Shown: positions 7,778 through 17,067, counted from the first letter of the stretch. The stretch is DNA of 26,365 nucleotides from Gemmatimonadota bacterium (GCA_029884275.1 JAOUIC010000001.1:1-26365), one strand, 5' to 3'. The notes: generated from the letters alone by a model not told the origin. Numbers and translations are program-made.

Positions 7778-8606
7778 CGGAGGGGACGGGTGGCATGTGG
7801 ACCAGGACCGGGATGTCGGTCGCCCGCAAGATAGCCTCGGTGTGGGAGGGGACCAACCACGCCTCGCCCTCCTTGGTGGCGCCGGCGAAGACGGTATCGG
7901 CGCCGAATCGCTCGACCGCCTCACCGATGCCCTGCTCGAGGTCGCCCTCGACCGAGTGCAGATCGAACGAGACCATGGCCAGGGAGAGCGCGCCGGAGGC
8001 GCGGGCGATTGCCCGCGCTCCCGCTTCTGCATCCCGGGAGACGTGCACCACGTCGAGATGGGCGCCGGTGATGCTCGCGAATCGGGTGGCGAAGGCGAGC
8101 GCTCCCTCGCTGGCGGGCCCACCGCCGTACGCCACCAGCACCCGGTCCATGGCGGTGGTGGTCGTGCCGCACACCAGCACCGGCCGGGGGCAGCGGCGGA
8201 TCAGCTCTCGGGTTTCGGGACCAAGCGGGTCCTTTGCTCCCTGGACCCCGGTTCGGCCGACCACGACGACGCCCACGTCTTCGGCCAGTGCCCGCAGGAT
8301 GTCCGGCACCAGGCCCTGACGCCAGATGGTCTCTACTTCCAGCCCGGCGCGGCGGCCCGCGCCGGCGCTCTCCTCGAGCATGTCGCGAGCGGCCTGTTCG
8401 TGCTGAACGCGTGAGGCGGGTATGCTGCCGGGGGTGAACTCCATCCAGGGCGCGCCGAGCGCCATCTCACCCGTCTGTCCCGGGGGCGGGGTGACGTGGG
8501 CGAGGACGAGGCGGGCACGGAATCGCTGGCCGATCTTGATGGCCTGCGAGAGCGCCACCTCCGCCTGGAGTGAGCCGTCGAGGCCCACGAGGATGGAGGT
8601 GAACAT
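7737..8606 (-). CDS. Universal stress protein, tandem two-domain
   Basis: MFTSILVGLDGS...LVLAHV, VVVGRTG...LG..TRELIRRCPRPVLV, then a second domain RVLVAYGG...ILRATDIPVLV; 289 aa. Confidence 0.9.
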   Translation of the reverse strand: MFTSILVGLDGSLQAEVALSQAIKIGQRFRARLVLAHVTPPPGQTGEMALGAPWMEFTPGSIPASRVQHEQAARDMLEESAGAGRRAGLEVETIWRQGLVPDILRALAEDVGVVVVGRTGVQGAKDPLGPETRELIRRCPRPVLVCGTTTTAMDRVLVAYGGGPASEGALAFATRFASITGAHLDVVHVSRDAEAGARAIARASGALSLAMVSFDLHSVEGDLEQGIGEAVERFGADTVFAGATKEGEAWLVPSHTEAILRATDIPVLVHMPPVPSGARTTSHRNSPSG

Positions 8607-8612
8607 GGCCTG

Positions 8613-8641
8613 AGGGTGGCACCCTGCCGCTGCCCCGTCAA
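8613..8641 (-). promoter_or_regulatory. Sigma70-type promoter TTGACG-N17-CACCCT
   Basis: -35 at 8641-8636, 17-nt spacer, -10-like hexamer at 8618-8613, 6 nt before the usp ATG; no SD. Confidence 0.55.
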
Positions 8642-8678
8642 GTAGCAGCTGGGAACGGGCCCGCGGTGCACGACGGCG

Positions 8679-8900
8679 TCAGACCTCTCCCAGCACCCTC
8701 AGGTCCTGCAAGTCCTCGAGAATGAAGGCCATCTCGTCACCCGTCATTGGCAGCCTGCCGATCAGCGCCTCCCGGCCCCCGATCTGGGTCATGCGGACGG
8801 CGGTGACGATGAACTCGGTGCCTCGCCGGTCTACGGCGACCCGGCGGCCGTCTCGCACCGCGCGCTCGAGCTGGTCGAGTCGTTCGGGGCTCCAGCGCAT
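8679..8900 (-). CDS. Small hypothetical protein (73 aa), possible Sm/SH3-type WYL-like fold
   Basis: ATG at 8900 lies 2 nt after the selD stop. MRWSPERLDQLERAVRDGRRVAV... reads as one helix followed by beta strands. Confidence 0.75.
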   Translation of the reverse strand: MRWSPERLDQLERAVRDGRRVAVDRRGTEFIVTAVRMTQIGGREALIGRLPMTGDEMAFILEDLQDLRVLGEV

Positions 8901-8902
8901 CG

Positions 8903-9973
8903 TCAGCGCCCTCCCGTCTCGACCATGATCGTCCCCGTGGCCGTGGTGAGCTCCCCCACCACGGCGGCGCAAGGGGTCCCGGCTCGTTCGAGTGCCGTGA
9001 GCAGGAGTGCGAGGCGCGCCGGTGCAACTGCGAGCAACAGCCCCCCCGAGGTCTGCGGATCGGCGAGCAGCAGCTGGTCGCTGCGCGTGGTGCCGCGGCC
9101 CCATTGCACCTGGCCGAGCGCGTCGAGGTTCCTGGTGGTGCCACCTGGCGCCACGCCCTGTTCGGCGAGCGCCCTGGCCCCGGCCAGCAGCGGCACCTCG
9201 GCGGTCCGGATATTCGCCCCGACCCCACTCGCCTCGACCATGTTCGCGAGGTGGCCCAGCAACCCGAATCCCGTGACGTCGGTGGCGCTTCGCACCCCGG
9301 CGGCGAGCGCGGCGTCCATCGCGCCACGGTTGAGGGTGGTCATCACCATGATCGCCTCGGCCAGATCCGACTCCGGCAGAAGGTCACGCTTGAGCGCGGT
9401 CGTGAGGATGCCGGTGCCGATCGGCTTGGTGAGCACCAGCAGGTCGCCGGGGCGCGCGGTGGCATTGGTCAGCAGACGGTCCGGATGGGCCTCGCCGATG
9501 ACCGCAAGTCCGACGTGGGGCTCCGGGCTGTCGATCGAGTGGCCGCCGACGATCGGGCAGGCCGCAGCGGCCGCCACCTCGCCTAACCCGCCGATCACTT
9601 CCTCGAGCACCGTGAACGGGACGGTGTCGCGCGGCCACCCGACCAGGCTCAGCGCAAAGAGCGGCACCGCGCCCATGGCGTAGCAGTCACTCAGGGCATT
9701 GGCCGCCGCGATCCGTCCCCAGGTGAACGGATCATCCACCACCGGCGCAAAGAAGTCCGTCGTGGCCACCAGGGCGCGATCGCCGTCCAGCCGGTACACG
9801 GCGGCGTCGTCGCGGGTGGCCGCGTCCACCAGGATGCGCGCATCCCGGACCGGGGGCAGGCGGCGCAGCACGTGCGCCAACTCGGCGGGGCCGAGCTTGC
9901 AGGCTCAACCCGCGCCGTGCGACAGCTGGGTGAGCCTGATGCGGGGGCGCTGGTCTCGGGGAGTGTCTGGCAT
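8903..9973 (-). CDS. selD: Selenide,water dikinase (selenophosphate synthetase), selenocysteine-containing, 356 aa
   Basis: DDAAVY, TTDFF, AAANALSDCYAMG, GGHSI, DVTGFGLLGH and DPQTSGGLL motifs. The frame extends upstream of the ORF-track TTG through an in-frame TGA (9907-9905) to ATG 9973: MPDTPRDQRPRIRLTQLSHGAG-U-ACKLGP. Confidence 0.95.
9876..9904 (-). promoter_or_regulatory. Candidate bacterial SECIS hairpin
   Basis: Directly after the UGA: GCCUGCA-AGCUCGGC-CCC-GCCGAGUU-GGC, an 8-bp upper stem with one G-U pair, and GCC/GGC able to close a lower stem. Confidence 0.55.
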
Positions 9974-10069
9974 GGTGCGCTCGCGGCACGAGTGATGGGA
10001 CCGGAACAAAGGATACAGCCTCCGCGACCGTCACACACCCTCCGCCTGTCCGGACGGCCACGGGGGCGC

Positions 10070-10075
10070 CATACT
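10070..10075 (+). promoter_or_regulatory. -10-like element CATACT
   Basis: 7 nt upstream of ATG 10083 with no SD; the -35 position is a poor match. Confidence 0.4.
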
Positions 10076-10082
10076 TGTCGCC

Positions 10083-10814
10083 ATGCTCGCGACCTTCCTG
10101 CCGCTTCTGACCGCGCTCATGCTGGGGTTCCTCCACGCGCTGGAGGTCGATCACATGATCGCGGTCACCACCTTCGTGAGCGGGCGTCCCGCGCTCAGCG
10201 ATGCCGCGCGATTCGGCTTCCGCTGGGGCGTGGGCCATTCCGCTGCGGTCATGGTGCTCGGTGGCGTCCTGCTGGTGAGCGGGATCCAATGGCCGGCGCG
10301 CTACGACGCGGTGGGGGAGGGCCTGGTCGGCGCCATGCTGATCGGGCTGGGGCTCTGGGCGCTTCGGTCCGGTCGTGTCCTTCATCTGCATCCCCCCGAG
10401 CAGCACGGTGACCACGCCCACCTGCACGTGCATGGCCACGCTCACGACGGTCATGACCATCCGCACCAACCGCCGCAGCGTGAGGAGCATGTGCATCACG
10501 ACGGCCACGACCACCGGCACCATCACGGGCATGGCGTCACGTTGGTCGGGTTGCTGCACGGCCTGGCCGGCAGCAGCGCGGTGGTGGCGCTCCTGCCGGT
10601 GACGCTCATCGGCCGGCTCGATGTCGGGTTCGCCTACCTGCTGGTGTTCGGCGCGGGAGTCACCGCAGGAATGGTCTGCTACGCGCTGGTGGCGGCGTTC
10701 GCCATCCGTCGGGCGGCGGCCCGGTCGGTGGCGCTCGGTCGTCGCCTGAGCCAGGCGGTGGGGGTGGCGGGGGTCGTGGTGGGAGGGTGGTGGGTGTCGC
10801 GGGCGGTGGGATGA
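10083..10814 (+). CDS. His-rich NiCoT/UreH-like nickel/cobalt transporter family membrane protein
   Basis: GFLHALEVDHMIAV resembles the HAxD/ExDH metal motif, plus GLLHGLAGS, about six hydrophobic helices and a central His-rich loop. Confidence 0.85.
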   Translation: MLATFLPLLTALMLGFLHALEVDHMIAVTTFVSGRPALSDAARFGFRWGVGHSAAVMVLGGVLLVSGIQWPARYDAVGEGLVGAMLIGLGLWALRSGRVLHLHPPEQHGDHAHLHVHGHAHDGHDHPHQPPQREEHVHHDGHDHRHHHGHGVTLVGLLHGLAGSSAVVALLPVTLIGRLDVGFAYLLVFGAGVTAGMVCYALVAAFAIRRAAARSVALGRRLSQAVGVAGVVVGGWWVSRAVG

Positions 10815-10818
10815 TCGC

Positions 10819-10849
10819 GGGCGGGCCCGCCCATCGCGCGTGCCCGCCC
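10819..10849. terminator. GC-rich inverted repeat between convergent genes
   Basis: GGGCGGGC (10819-10826) pairs with GCCCGCCC (10842-10849); it also contains the perfect palindrome GGGCGGGCCCGCCC. No U-tract. Confidence 0.4.
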
Positions 10850-10874
10850 ATTGAACGCGCTGTCTTGCGCGGCC

Positions 10875-13800
10875 TTACCTCCCCCGCCGCCCGTACCTCA
10901 GATACAGCGCCGGCATCAGGAACAGGTTCAGAATCGTCGAGGTCACCAGCCCGCCGACGATCACCACCGCCATCGGGTGTTCGATCTCGTGCCCCGGTCG
11001 TGCGCCACCCAGGATGATCGGGACCAGCGCCAGGGCGGTGACGCTGGCGGTCATCACGATCGGCACCAGTCGTTCATCGGCTCCGCGCAGCACCAGGTCC
11101 CGGCCGAAGGGCACTCCTTCCTGTTCCTCCAGGTGCCGAAGGTGGCTCACCAGCATGATGCCGTTGCGGCCGGCGATCCCCAGCACGGTCACGAACCCGA
11201 CCAGCGAGCCGAGCGACAGCACCCCGCCGGTGACCCACACCGCCGCCACGCCCCCGATCAGCGCGAACGGCAGCGACACGGCGACCAGCAGTGTCAGTCG
11301 CAGCGAGCCGAAGTCGGTGTAGAGCAGCAGCAGGATTCCCACCAGCGCGATCGCGGAAAGCGCCAGCAGCCGCGATTCCGCGGCCTTCCGTTCGGCGTAC
11401 TCCCCCAGGATGGAGGCGTGGTGCTCCGCCGGGAACGGGAGCCGCGCCAGCACCGCCTCGATGTCGCGCGCCACGCCGCCGAGGTCCCGGCCCGCCACAT
11501 TGCAGGTGACGTCGAGCTTCCGGGTCGCGGCCTCACGAGTGATCTCGTTGAGCGCCGGCATCAGCGCGACGTCGGCCACGGCACCCAGCGGAACGCCCGG
11601 GCCGGCGGGGGTGTCGAGCAACAGTCGGCTTAGGCTGGACGGATCCTGCCGGACAGTCGGCACCCCCCAGACCACCACGTCGAATGATTTCTGGTCTTCG
11701 TAGAATTCACCCACCTTGGCCCCCCGCACCAGGGTCGAGACGGTGTGCTGCACCTGCTCGGGAGTGACCCCGAAGCGGGCCGCCGCCTCTGGCCTGTAGC
11801 GAATCTGGATCTGGGGAACGAGGGTCTGCGCCTGCACCTTGAGGTCGATCACCCCGCGAATGCCGGCGATGCTGTCGCGGATCAGCTCGGCCTGGTGCCG
11901 GAGCGTCTCGAGGCTCGGCCCCGAGACCCGCACGACTACCGTGGCCCCCTCGCCGCTCAGCACCTCCTTGATGCGCTCGCGCAGATGGGTCAGCACATCC
12001 CGGTAGATGCCGGGATACCCGTCGACGACTTCCTGGATCCGCTCCACCGTGCCCTCGTAGTTCACCGCTGGGTCCACGCTGATCCATAACTCGGTGAAAT
12101 TCGGCCCCACCACCTCGTCGGCCACCTCGGCCCGGCCGATGTGCGAGCCGAAGTTGCGGACTCCCGGGATGGCCCGAAGCTCCCGGCTCACCCGTTGCGT
12201 GATCCGGGCCATCGCCTCGATGGAGATCCCCGGCTTCTCGATCCAGTGCATCAGGAAGTCGTACTCCCGGAACCGGGGCAGGAATTCCTCGCCCAGACCG
12301 ACATACGCCACCGCCGCAATGCCCAGAGACGCAGTCAGGGTCCGGATCGCGAGCACCGGCCGGTCCACCAGCCGCGGGAGCAGCGCCCGGTATCGCGCCT
12401 TGAGCCAGTGTACCAGAGGCGTCTCCCGGGTTTCGCCGCCGTCGGTCCGGAGCAGCAGCAGCGCCAGCGCGGGGCTGATCGTCAGGGCCACCACCAGGGA
12501 CGCGGCGATCGCCAGGACGTAGGACAGCGCCAGCGGCCGGAAGAAGACCCCCGCCAGGCCGGGGAGGAAGAACACCGGCAGGAAGACCAGGATCACCAGC
12601 AGGCTGCCGAAGAGCACGGCGCTGCGCACTTCGAGGCTCGCGTTCAGCACCACCTCGAGCATGGGGCGGGGTGCGGCCAGCTGGCGGTTCAGCCTGAGCC
12701 GCCGGCTGATGTTCTCCACGTCGATGATCGCGTCGTCCACCACCTCGCCCAGCGCGAGGACCAGGCCGGCGAGCACCATGGTGTCGATCGTGCCACCACG
12801 CCAGCGCAGCAGCAGCGCGGCCGCGATCAGTGACAGCGGAATCGCCACAATGCTGATGAGGCCGGTCCTCCAGTCACGGAGGAAGGCGGCCAGCACCAGG
12901 ACCACCAGCAGGCAACCGAGGAGCAGCGCCTTGCTCAGATTGGCGAGCGCCATCTCGATGAACGTGGCCGGCCGGAAGATCGTGGGATCGACCTCCACGC
13001 CGGCGAGCGCCGGCGCCAGTTCTTCCAGCGCGGCCTCGACGCCACGGGTCACCTCGACGGTATTGCCCCAGGGCTGTTTCTCGACCACGAGCAGCAGACC
13101 CGGGCGGTCATTGATCACCGCGTCGCCGATCGGTGGCTGATGACCCTCGGTGACCACCGCGACCTCTCCCAGCGTCACCGGGGCGCCATGCCGGTACTCG
13201 GCCACCATCTGCGCCAGCTCGGCGGCGCTGGTGAGCGGCGTCCGGTGGACCACGGCAAAGCGCTGGTTCGGCGTGTCGACGAACCCGCCGCCACCGATCG
13301 CCGTGGCGGCGCGCGTGGCCTCTTCCACCTCGGCCAGGCTCACGCCGTTGGCGTGCAGGCGGTCCGGGTCCACCAGCACCTGGAGCTGGCGGTCGCGCTG
13401 TCCCCAGATGGCGACGTTGGCCACGCCGGGAACCGCCATGAGCTTCGGGCGGATGGTCCACTTGGCCAGGGTTGTCATCTCGATCTGGGAAAGCGAATCC
13501 GAGCTGAGGCCGATCTTGAGAACCCGGCTGGCCGAGCTGAGGGGGGAGAGAATGACCGGCGGCTTCACGACCGCGGGCAGGATCGCGGCCACCCGAGCGA
13601 CGCGCTCCTGGACCAGTTGTCGCGCGCGGATGACGTCGAGGTTGTGCGGGAAGAACAGCACCACCGAGCTGAGTCCGAGGACCGATTTCGACTGGATCTG
13701 GGTCACCCAGCTGGTGCCGACCAGCGCGTTCTCGATCGGGATGGTGACCAGACTCTCGACCTCGTCGGTCGAAAGCCCCGGCGCCTCCGTCTGGATCTCG

Positions 13801-13940
13801 ACCCGGGGCGGGGCGAACTCGGGGAAGACGTCGAGGGGCACGTCGTGCAGCGCGGCCGGGGCGGCGAGCACCGCCACCACCGCCAGGGCGACGACCGTCA
13901 CGCGGTGCCGCAGCGACGCCGCGATGATCGCGCGAATCAT
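10875..13940 (-). CDS. CzcA/CusA-family heavy-metal efflux RND transporter
   Basis: 1021 aa; [34 protein letters not shown] (TM4), [17 protein letters not shown] and [11 protein letters not shown]. Confidence 0.95.
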   Translation of the reverse strand: MIRAIIAASLRHRVTVVALAVVAVLAAPAALHDVPLDVFPEFAPPRVEIQTEAPGLSTDEVESLVTIPIENALVGTSWVTQIQSKSVLGLSSVVLFFPHNLDVIRARQLVQERVARVAAILPAVVKPPVILSPLSSASRVLKIGLSSDSLSQIEMTTLAKWTIRPKLMAVPGVANVAIWGQRDRQLQVLVDPDRLHANGVSLAEVEEATRAATAIGGGGFVDTPNQRFAVVHRTPLTSAAELAQMVAEYRHGAPVTLGEVAVVTEGHQPPIGDAVINDRPGLLLVVEKQPWGNTVEVTRGVEAALEELAPALAGVEVDPTIFRPATFIEMALANLSKALLLGCLLVVLVLAAFLRDWRTGLISIVAIPLSLIAAALLLRWRGGTIDTMVLAGLVLALGEVVDDAIIDVENISRRLRLNRQLAAPRPMLEVVLNASLEVRSAVLFGSLLVILVFLPVFFLPGLAGVFFRPLALSYVLAIAASLVVALTISPALALLLLRTDGGETRETPLVHWLKARYRALLPRLVDRPVLAIRTLTASLGIAAVAYVGLGEEFLPRFREYDFLMHWIEKPGISIEAMARITQRVSRELRAIPGVRNFGSHIGRAEVADEVVGPNFTELWISVDPAVNYEGTVERIQEVVDGYPGIYRDVLTHLRERIKEVLSGEGATVVVRVSGPSLETLRHQAELIRDSIAGIRGVIDLKVQAQTLVPQIQIRYRPEAAARFGVTPEQVQHTVSTLVRGAKVGEFYEDQKSFDVVVWGVPTVRQDPSSLSRLLLDTPAGPGVPLGAVADVALMPALNEITREAATRKLDVTCNVAGRDLGGVARDIEAVLARLPFPAEHHASILGEYAERKAAESRLLALSAIALVGILLLLYTDFGSLRLTLLVAVSLPFALIGGVAAVWVTGGVLSLGSLVGFVTVLGIAGRNGIMLVSHLRHLEEQEGVPFGRDLVLRGADERLVPIVMTASVTALALVPIILGGARPGHEIEHPMAVVIVGGLVTSTILNLFLMPALYLRYGRRGR

Positions 13941-15136
13941 CAGTCGTCGTCGTGTGGCGTGGCCTGCCCGACCGGACCGAACTCCGTGCTGAACAGCTCC
14001 ATCACGCCCGTGCGGACCACCACCGCGCCCGGCGCCAGCCCCTCGGCAAGCAGCGCCTCGTCTCCCACCACGTAGCGCAACGCGACGCGCCGGCGGGTGT
14101 ACACCTGGTCGCCGGTTCGTTCGTACACCCAGGTCCCGCCACTCACATCCCGCACGACCGCTGACCAGGGGACCACCAGTCCGGTTTCTCCCTGCCGGAG
14201 CCGCAGCACCACCCCGACCCGCTGGCCCGCCCGGAACGCGCCGTCACGGTTGGGCGCCTGGAAATAGAGGTCCACCGTCGCGGCGTCGGCGTTGGCCGAC
14301 GGCGGGCCGGTCACCATCCCTGCCCGTCTGCCACCGGTGCCGGGTGGATCGCCCATGCCCTGGATCTGTGCGCCCGCGGCCGGATCGATGTCCCTGAGGT
14401 CTCCGGCGTAGACCGGCACCCGCACCCAGATCGGGTCGATGCCTTCGAGCGACATCAGTTTCACCCCCTCGCTCACCCGCTGACCCGTCGCGACGTGAAT
14501 TCCGGTGACGATGGCGTCGATCGGGGCGTTGAGGGCGAGCGGCATCGCCGAAGTGTCGCCCGCCGTGTTGGCCACGGTCGACAGCCGGGCCTCCGCCGAG
14601 CGCAGCACCGCCTGCGCCGCCAGCACCTCCGCCTCGGTGTCTTCCAGCTCCTGGGCTGTGACCGCCTGCAGCTTGAACAGCTCGCTGGCCCGCTCGTGCC
14701 GCCGCTTCGCGGTGGAGAGCCGCGCCTCCGCGATGACCACGTCCTGCCGCCCACCGAGCAGATCGCTCTCGGCTGGCAGCGCGACGAATCGCGCCAGTTC
14801 GTCACCCGCGAGGACCTTTCGGCCGGTCACCGGGATGTGCCCGTCGGCGGGTGGCAGCACGGTGCCGGCGCGGGGCGCCGTGATCATCACGTCCGCGCCC
14901 GGGCGGAGAATCACCTCCCCGCCCACTGTCCTGAGCCGGGGCAACTGGCGGCGCTCGACCGTGGAAGTCTCGATGCCGATCCGGCGCTCGGCCTCCGGCG
15001 TCAGCCGGACGCGGGTGAGGTCGGTCTCCTTCACGGGGTTGTCGAGCGTCGCGGGAGGCTGGCGAGCCGGGGCGGCCTCGCCCTCGCAGCCGAGGAGCAC
15101 CGGGCAGAGGCCGAGGAGGAACAACGAGAGTCTCAT
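13940..15136 (-). CDS. RND efflux periplasmic adaptor (MFP), lipoprotein
   Basis: Lipobox LLGC; lipoyl half-motifs (APRAGTV, APIDAIV); VVPWSAVV and [12 protein letters not shown]; TGATG coupling to the RND gene. An alternative GTG start is at 15139. Confidence 0.92.
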   Translation of the reverse strand: MRLSLFLLGLCPVLLGCEGEAAPARQPPATLDNPVKETDLTRVRLTPEAERRIGIETSTVERRQLPRLRTVGGEVILRPGADVMITAPRAGTVLPPADGHIPVTGRKVLAGDELARFVALPAESDLLGGRQDVVIAEARLSTAKRRHERASELFKLQAVTAQELEDTEAEVLAAQAVLRSAEARLSTVANTAGDTSAMPLALNAPIDAIVTGIHVATGQRVSEGVKLMSLEGIDPIWVRVPVYAGDLRDIDPAAGAQIQGMGDPPGTGGRRAGMVTGPPSANADAATVDLYFQAPNRDGAFRAGQRVGVVLRLRQGETGLVVPWSAVVRDVSGGTWVYERTGDQVYTRRRVALRYVVGDEALLAEGLAPGAVVVRTGVMELFSTEFGPVGQATPHDDD

Positions 15137-15203
15137 CACGGAGGGCCCTGCGAATGCTGGGGAATGAGATTGGAGACGACGACGTGGCTCCGCCGGCCTC
15201 GTG

Positions 15204-16574
15204 CTAGAAAGCCGTTCTCAGCGAGTCTGCCAGATAGAGCTGTCCCCGCACCATGACACGCTCGATGGCCCGGGTGTTCCGGATGTCCGCCAGCGGGTTG
15301 GCGGTGAGAATGATCAGGTCGGCCGCCTTTCCCGGGGCGACCATGCCGAGCGAATCCGCCCCGAGGAGCTGGGCCGCGTTGTGCGTCGCGGTCTGGATGG
15401 CGTCGAGGGGAGTCAGCCCGGCCGCCACCAGCAGCTCCAGCTCGGTGTGCAGGCTTCGGCCCGGGATCAGCATCGGCCGGGTGGCGTTGGTTCCGGCGAC
15501 CAGCTTCCCTCCCGCCGACCGGAACTCGCGCACGAAGAGATCCTGATTGGGTCGCGAGGCCCGGAAGGCGGCGAACACATCGGTTCCCCACCCGGCGCTC
15601 GCGATCAGCGCCGGCACGTTCCAGTTCTCCAGTTCGACCCGCGGAATCGTCGAGAGGTCGGGGTGGCTGAGGATGGCGGGGTCGTCGAGCCGGCTCCAGG
15701 TCTCATGCATGACCAGGGTCGGGACCAGGACCACGCGGGACTCCGCGAGCGCGGTCGCCACGCGGTGGAGCGAGGCGCTGTCGAGTCCCGCCCAGGCCCG
15801 CTCGAAGGCCGTCCACCCGCGCAGCTTCCCGGCGCGGTGTGCCTCGAAGAGAGAGGCCGGCGCGCGGCTGGCGGCCTCCGGGACTCCCGTCAGGTGCTCG
15901 ATGCTGGCCAGGCCCGCGCTGGCCGCGGCGAGGGCATCCAGCACGCCGAGGTGGCCCGCTGTCCGAAAGGAAAAGGTGCCGGCCTCGTCCAGCACACCCT
16001 TGAGCAGCTCCGCCGTCACGAGCGGCCCGATCTTCAGGTAGTCGACTCCCGCGACGGCGCGGTCGTCCACCGCGCGGCGTGCCTCGCTCACGGTGCGAAC
16101 CTCGGTGGCCCCGAGCTCGGCGGTTCCCGGACCGTCGATCATGGCGGAGGCGGAGAAGATGCGGGGGGACACGAGGCCGCCGAGCCCCGCTTCCTCCTTC
16201 AGGTTCAGGATCGAATCCCTGACCCCGTGCAGGTCGCGCACCGCGGTGACGCCCGCCGCGACGTATCGGTCGAGCGCCCAGCGCGCCACGTGGGCGTGGC
16301 CGTCGATGAACCCCGGGACGATCCACCGGCCGGACACGTCGATGATCTCGGTGTTCTTGGGGATCTGGATGTCCGCTCGCGCGGCGACCGCTTCGATCGT
16401 CCCGTTGCGGATGATGACCACCGCATCCGGCAGGGCCGCGTCACCCGCGCCGCTGATCACCGTCCCGCCAACCAGGGCGATCCCGTCCTTCTCGGCCGGG
16501 CCGCAGGCCAGGGCGGCCAGGGCGAGGACGCCGAGCGCGATCCTGAGCGGGTCAGTCGCTCGAGGTGTGGTCAT
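15204..16574 (-). CDS. Amidohydrolase family lipoprotein
   Basis: Lipobox ALAC; PGFIDGHAH (HxH), YLKIG (Lys), AGHLG, IEHLTG, SLHTELELLVAAGLTP and GKAADLIIL..NPL. Confidence 0.9.
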   Translation of the reverse strand: MTTPRATDPLRIALGVLALAALACGPAEKDGIALVGGTVISGAGDAALPDAVVIIRNGTIEAVAARADIQIPKNTEIIDVSGRWIVPGFIDGHAHVARWALDRYVAAGVTAVRDLHGVRDSILNLKEEAGLGGLVSPRIFSASAMIDGPGTAELGATEVRTVSEARRAVDDRAVAGVDYLKIGPLVTAELLKGVLDEAGTFSFRTAGHLGVLDALAAASAGLASIEHLTGVPEAASRAPASLFEAHRAGKLRGWTAFERAWAGLDSASLHRVATALAESRVVLVPTLVMHETWSRLDDPAILSHPDLSTIPRVELENWNVPALIASAGWGTDVFAAFRASRPNQDLFVREFRSAGGKLVAGTNATRPMLIPGRSLHTELELLVAAGLTPLDAIQTATHNAAQLLGADSLGMVAPGKAADLIILTANPLADIRNTRAIERVMVRGQLYLADSLRTAF

Positions 16575-17013
16575 GCAGGATCTTCCAGCCATCGGGGCGC
16601 CGCTCCATTACCAGGGAGAAGGGACCGCTCGCAGAGGTGTTGCCGCCGCTGAAGAGGACGAATCGTGCGGTCACCAGCGCCACCCTCGGCGCCAAGGGGC
16701 GCACTTCGAAATTCTCGAACCGCAGGCTGTCGCGCGTCGCGCCGGGCGCGAAGCGCGGGGCATACCCCGCCCGGATCCGGTCGAACCCATGCTGCACTCG
16801 GCCACCCGTCACGTATCCCGTGAGGCTGTCCTGGACGTAGTCGGCCATGAAGGCATCGAGGTCGCCCCGAGTCCAGGCCTCGGCCGAGCGGGAGAATTGG
16901 GCGATGATCGTGTCGCGCAGGGCGATGGGATCCGGGAGGACCTCCCCGCTCCCGCCCGGAGGCGCCGAACAGGCCGTGAAGACGAGAAGGACCAGCGCTC
17001 GCGCCGGATGCAT
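16552..17013 (-). CDS. DUF4440/NTF2-like lipoprotein
   Basis: Lipobox FTAC; AEAWTRGDLDAFMADY and FSLVMERRPDGWKILHDHTS. Confidence 0.88.
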   Translation of the reverse strand: MHPARALVLLVFTACSAPPGGSGEVLPDPIALRDTIIAQFSRSAEAWTRGDLDAFMADYVQDSLTGYVTGGRVQHGFDRIRAGYAPRFAPGATRDSLRFENFEVRPLAPRVALVTARFVLFSGGNTSASGPFSLVMERRPDGWKILHDHTSSD

Positions 17014-17038
17014 TCATGACCTGTCGTCGTATGGTTGA

Positions 17039-17067
17039 AACGTGGGCTGCGCCGACGGACAATGCAA
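17039..17067 (-). promoter_or_regulatory. Possible promoter TTGCAT-N17-CACGTT
   Basis: Correct spacing, but the -10 is only a partial match; lies upstream of ATG 17013. Confidence 0.35.

Noticed and set aside
7778-8122. N-terminal extension of the RNase H ORF
   Set aside because: It lies in an alternative frame of usp and has low-complexity composition; RNase H similarity begins near 7760.
8903-9973. selD as a nonsense pseudogene
   Set aside because: The only stop falls exactly on the catalytic Cys/Sec position and all other motifs are intact.
9974-10082. tRNA-Sec or another RNA gene in the intergenic gaps (also 17014-17135 and 17520-17730)
   Set aside because: No cloverleaf, T-loop motif or UCA anticodon arm could be seen.
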